This document shows positions 62,885 to 64,000 of a DNA stretch of 64,000 bases, in pieces. A program made the position numbers and the translations under genes. The stretch lies in NCBI GenBank assembly GCA_963555995.3, contig OY821641.1, positions 2,528,001 through 2,592,000 on the forward strand, given 5' to 3'. Numbering within the stretch: the first letter of the stretch is position 1; every line of letters begins with the position of its first letter. Below the pieces are notes generated by a model. That model was not told where the DNA came from, did no database searches, and worked only from the letters and a program-made list of their open reading frames with translations. Source of the stretch: Vicinamibacteria bacterium (GTDB lineage: Bacteria > Acidobacteriota > Vicinamibacteria > Marinacidobacterales > Marinacidobacteraceae).

Positions 62885-63417
62885 CAACCTGTGTGATTCA
62901 GGCCGCCTGCGAGTCCGAGCCTGTGTGATTCAAACCGCCTGCCGGGTCAAGCCTATGTGATTCAGCCTGTCTCACGCCCCGAGCCTATGTGATTCAGCAC
63001 GTTTCGCGCCCCGAGCCTATGTGATTCAGACCGTCTCACACCCCGAGCCTATGTGATTCGGCCCGTCTCGCGCCCCGAGCCTATGTGATTCAGCACATCT
63101 CGCGCCCCGAGCCTATGTGATTCGGCCCGTCTCACGCCCCGAGCCTATGTGATTCGGCCCGCCTCGCGCCCCGAGCCTATGTGATTCAGCACATCTCGCG
63201 CTCCGAGCCTATGTGATTCAGCACGTCTCACGCCCCGAGCCTATGTGATTCGGCCCGTCTCACGCCCCGAGCCTATGTGATTCGGCCCGCCTCGCGCCCG
63301 AGCCTATGTGATTCGGCCCGTCTCACGCCCCGAGCCTATGTGATTCGGCCCGCCTCGCGCCCGAGCCTATGTGATTCGGCCCGTCTCACGCCCCGAGCCT
63401 ATGTGATTCAGCACGTC
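62885..63417. repeat. Non-coding tandem array, 17 units of 32 bp (consensus CCGAGCCTATGTGATTC-RGCMCGTCTCRCGCC)
   Basis: GTGATTC starts at 62893, 62925, 62957, 62989, 63021, 63053, 63085, 63117, 63149, 63181, 63213, 63245, 63277, 63308, 63340, 63371, 63403. Confidence 0.97.
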
Positions 63418-63426
63418 GGCCCACGC

Positions 63427-63474
63427 TGTCAAGCGACAGATAAAACTGGGCCGCTGGCGACATCTAAAACTGGG
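63427..63474. mobile_element. Probable IS21-family terminus
   Basis: TGTCAA start and two GCGACA..TAAAACTGGG motifs 24 bp apart, the repeated-box layout typical of IS21 ends. Confidence 0.6.
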
Positions 63475-64000
63475 GGCGCTTCACGGTTTCGTGTGGAAAC
63501 AGGCCGCAGCCGGGCTGAGGTCCAGCCCGCCCAGGTGGAAGTAGATCGCCTCCCGGAAGCGGGCGCGGTTTCGGTAACCGCAGGCCATCTTCTTGAGCCA
63601 CTGGATGCGCGAGTTGATGGCCTCGGCGCGTGCATTGGTGACGGTGGAGGTGGCGGCGTTGATCACGCCATCCCAGTGTCGCTTGATCATCCGAGCGACA
63701 CGCTTGATGGGTTCCAGGCGTGAGCGGATGGCCCAGCCGTACCACTGCTTCCACCGGCGTTCGGCCCAGCCCCGGACCCGGTATCCCCACAGGGTTGCGG
63801 CCAACTGCTTGATCGCCCAGGCGCGCGCCACCCGGAGTTCACTGTTCCGCAGGGTGGCGAATTTCAACTGCTGCCGGCGATTCAGCGTCCCCGGCTTCAT
63901 CTGCCACAGGTACCTGCTCTTGTTGAGCCGGTCGTCCCCGGAGCGCAGCAACTCCCGATGCTCCTCCCGGCGCACCCGGTCCACCGCCTGTCCCAGGTGC
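63475..64000 (-). mobile_element. Second copy of the ISL3 element (3' part, runs off the window)
   Basis: Reverse complement of roughly 7081-7606, same transposase C-terminus and same GAAGCGCC end. Confidence 0.97.

Noticed and set aside
62885-63417. CRISPR array interpretation of the 32-bp repeats
   Set aside because: The variable parts are only ~15 bp, are variants of one sequence and recur identically; there are no unique spacers and no cas genes in the window.
63277-63723. ORF running out of the array with a repeated peptide
   Set aside because: Open only because two units are 31 bp; it crosses into IS ends and has no coding features.

Overview
GC-rich bacterial chromosomal window. The gene mix (Uma2-like and PD-(D/E)XK AAA paralogues, many REP-like palindromes, many toxin-antitoxin pieces) suggests a host-associated Acidobacteriota-like genome, but that is inference only. 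Housekeeping and transport blocks (tRNA-Val, an RND adaptor with two permeases, a MacAB-type ABC exporter, egtB/egtD-like genes, a PQQ dehydrogenase, bacilliredoxin-tmk-holB, a delta-type carbonic anhydrase, a CocE/NonD hydrolase) alternate with three accessory zones. Zone 1 (0.7-8.5 kb): Uma2-like nucleases, RES-Xre TA, PIN-toxin fragments and an ISL3 element with an 8-bp target duplication and unusually long (~100 bp) terminal inverted repeats. Zone 2 (16.3-34.5 kb): a restriction-like SNF2-DUF3883 / DUF1156 methylase / HEPN-DUF499 operon split by nested cargo (SIR2 protein, DinJ-YafQ, an ABC-ATPase + PIN pair, a shard of a second methylase). Zone 3 (55-64 kb): McrBC-like genes, an orphan antitoxin, and a non-coding 17 x 32-bp array just upstream of a gene for an amphipathic-helix / Pro-linker / winged-helix protein; the array is cut off by an IS21-like end carrying a second ISL3 copy. 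Best novelty candidates: the phased array with the putative membrane-tethered wHTH protein, an EgtB/EgtD pair with concerted loss of canonical active-site motifs coupled to an exporter, the long-IR ISL3, the ATPase-PIN pair, and a repeated pattern of intact antitoxins with destroyed toxins. All family calls come from motif recognition by eye; no searches were run.
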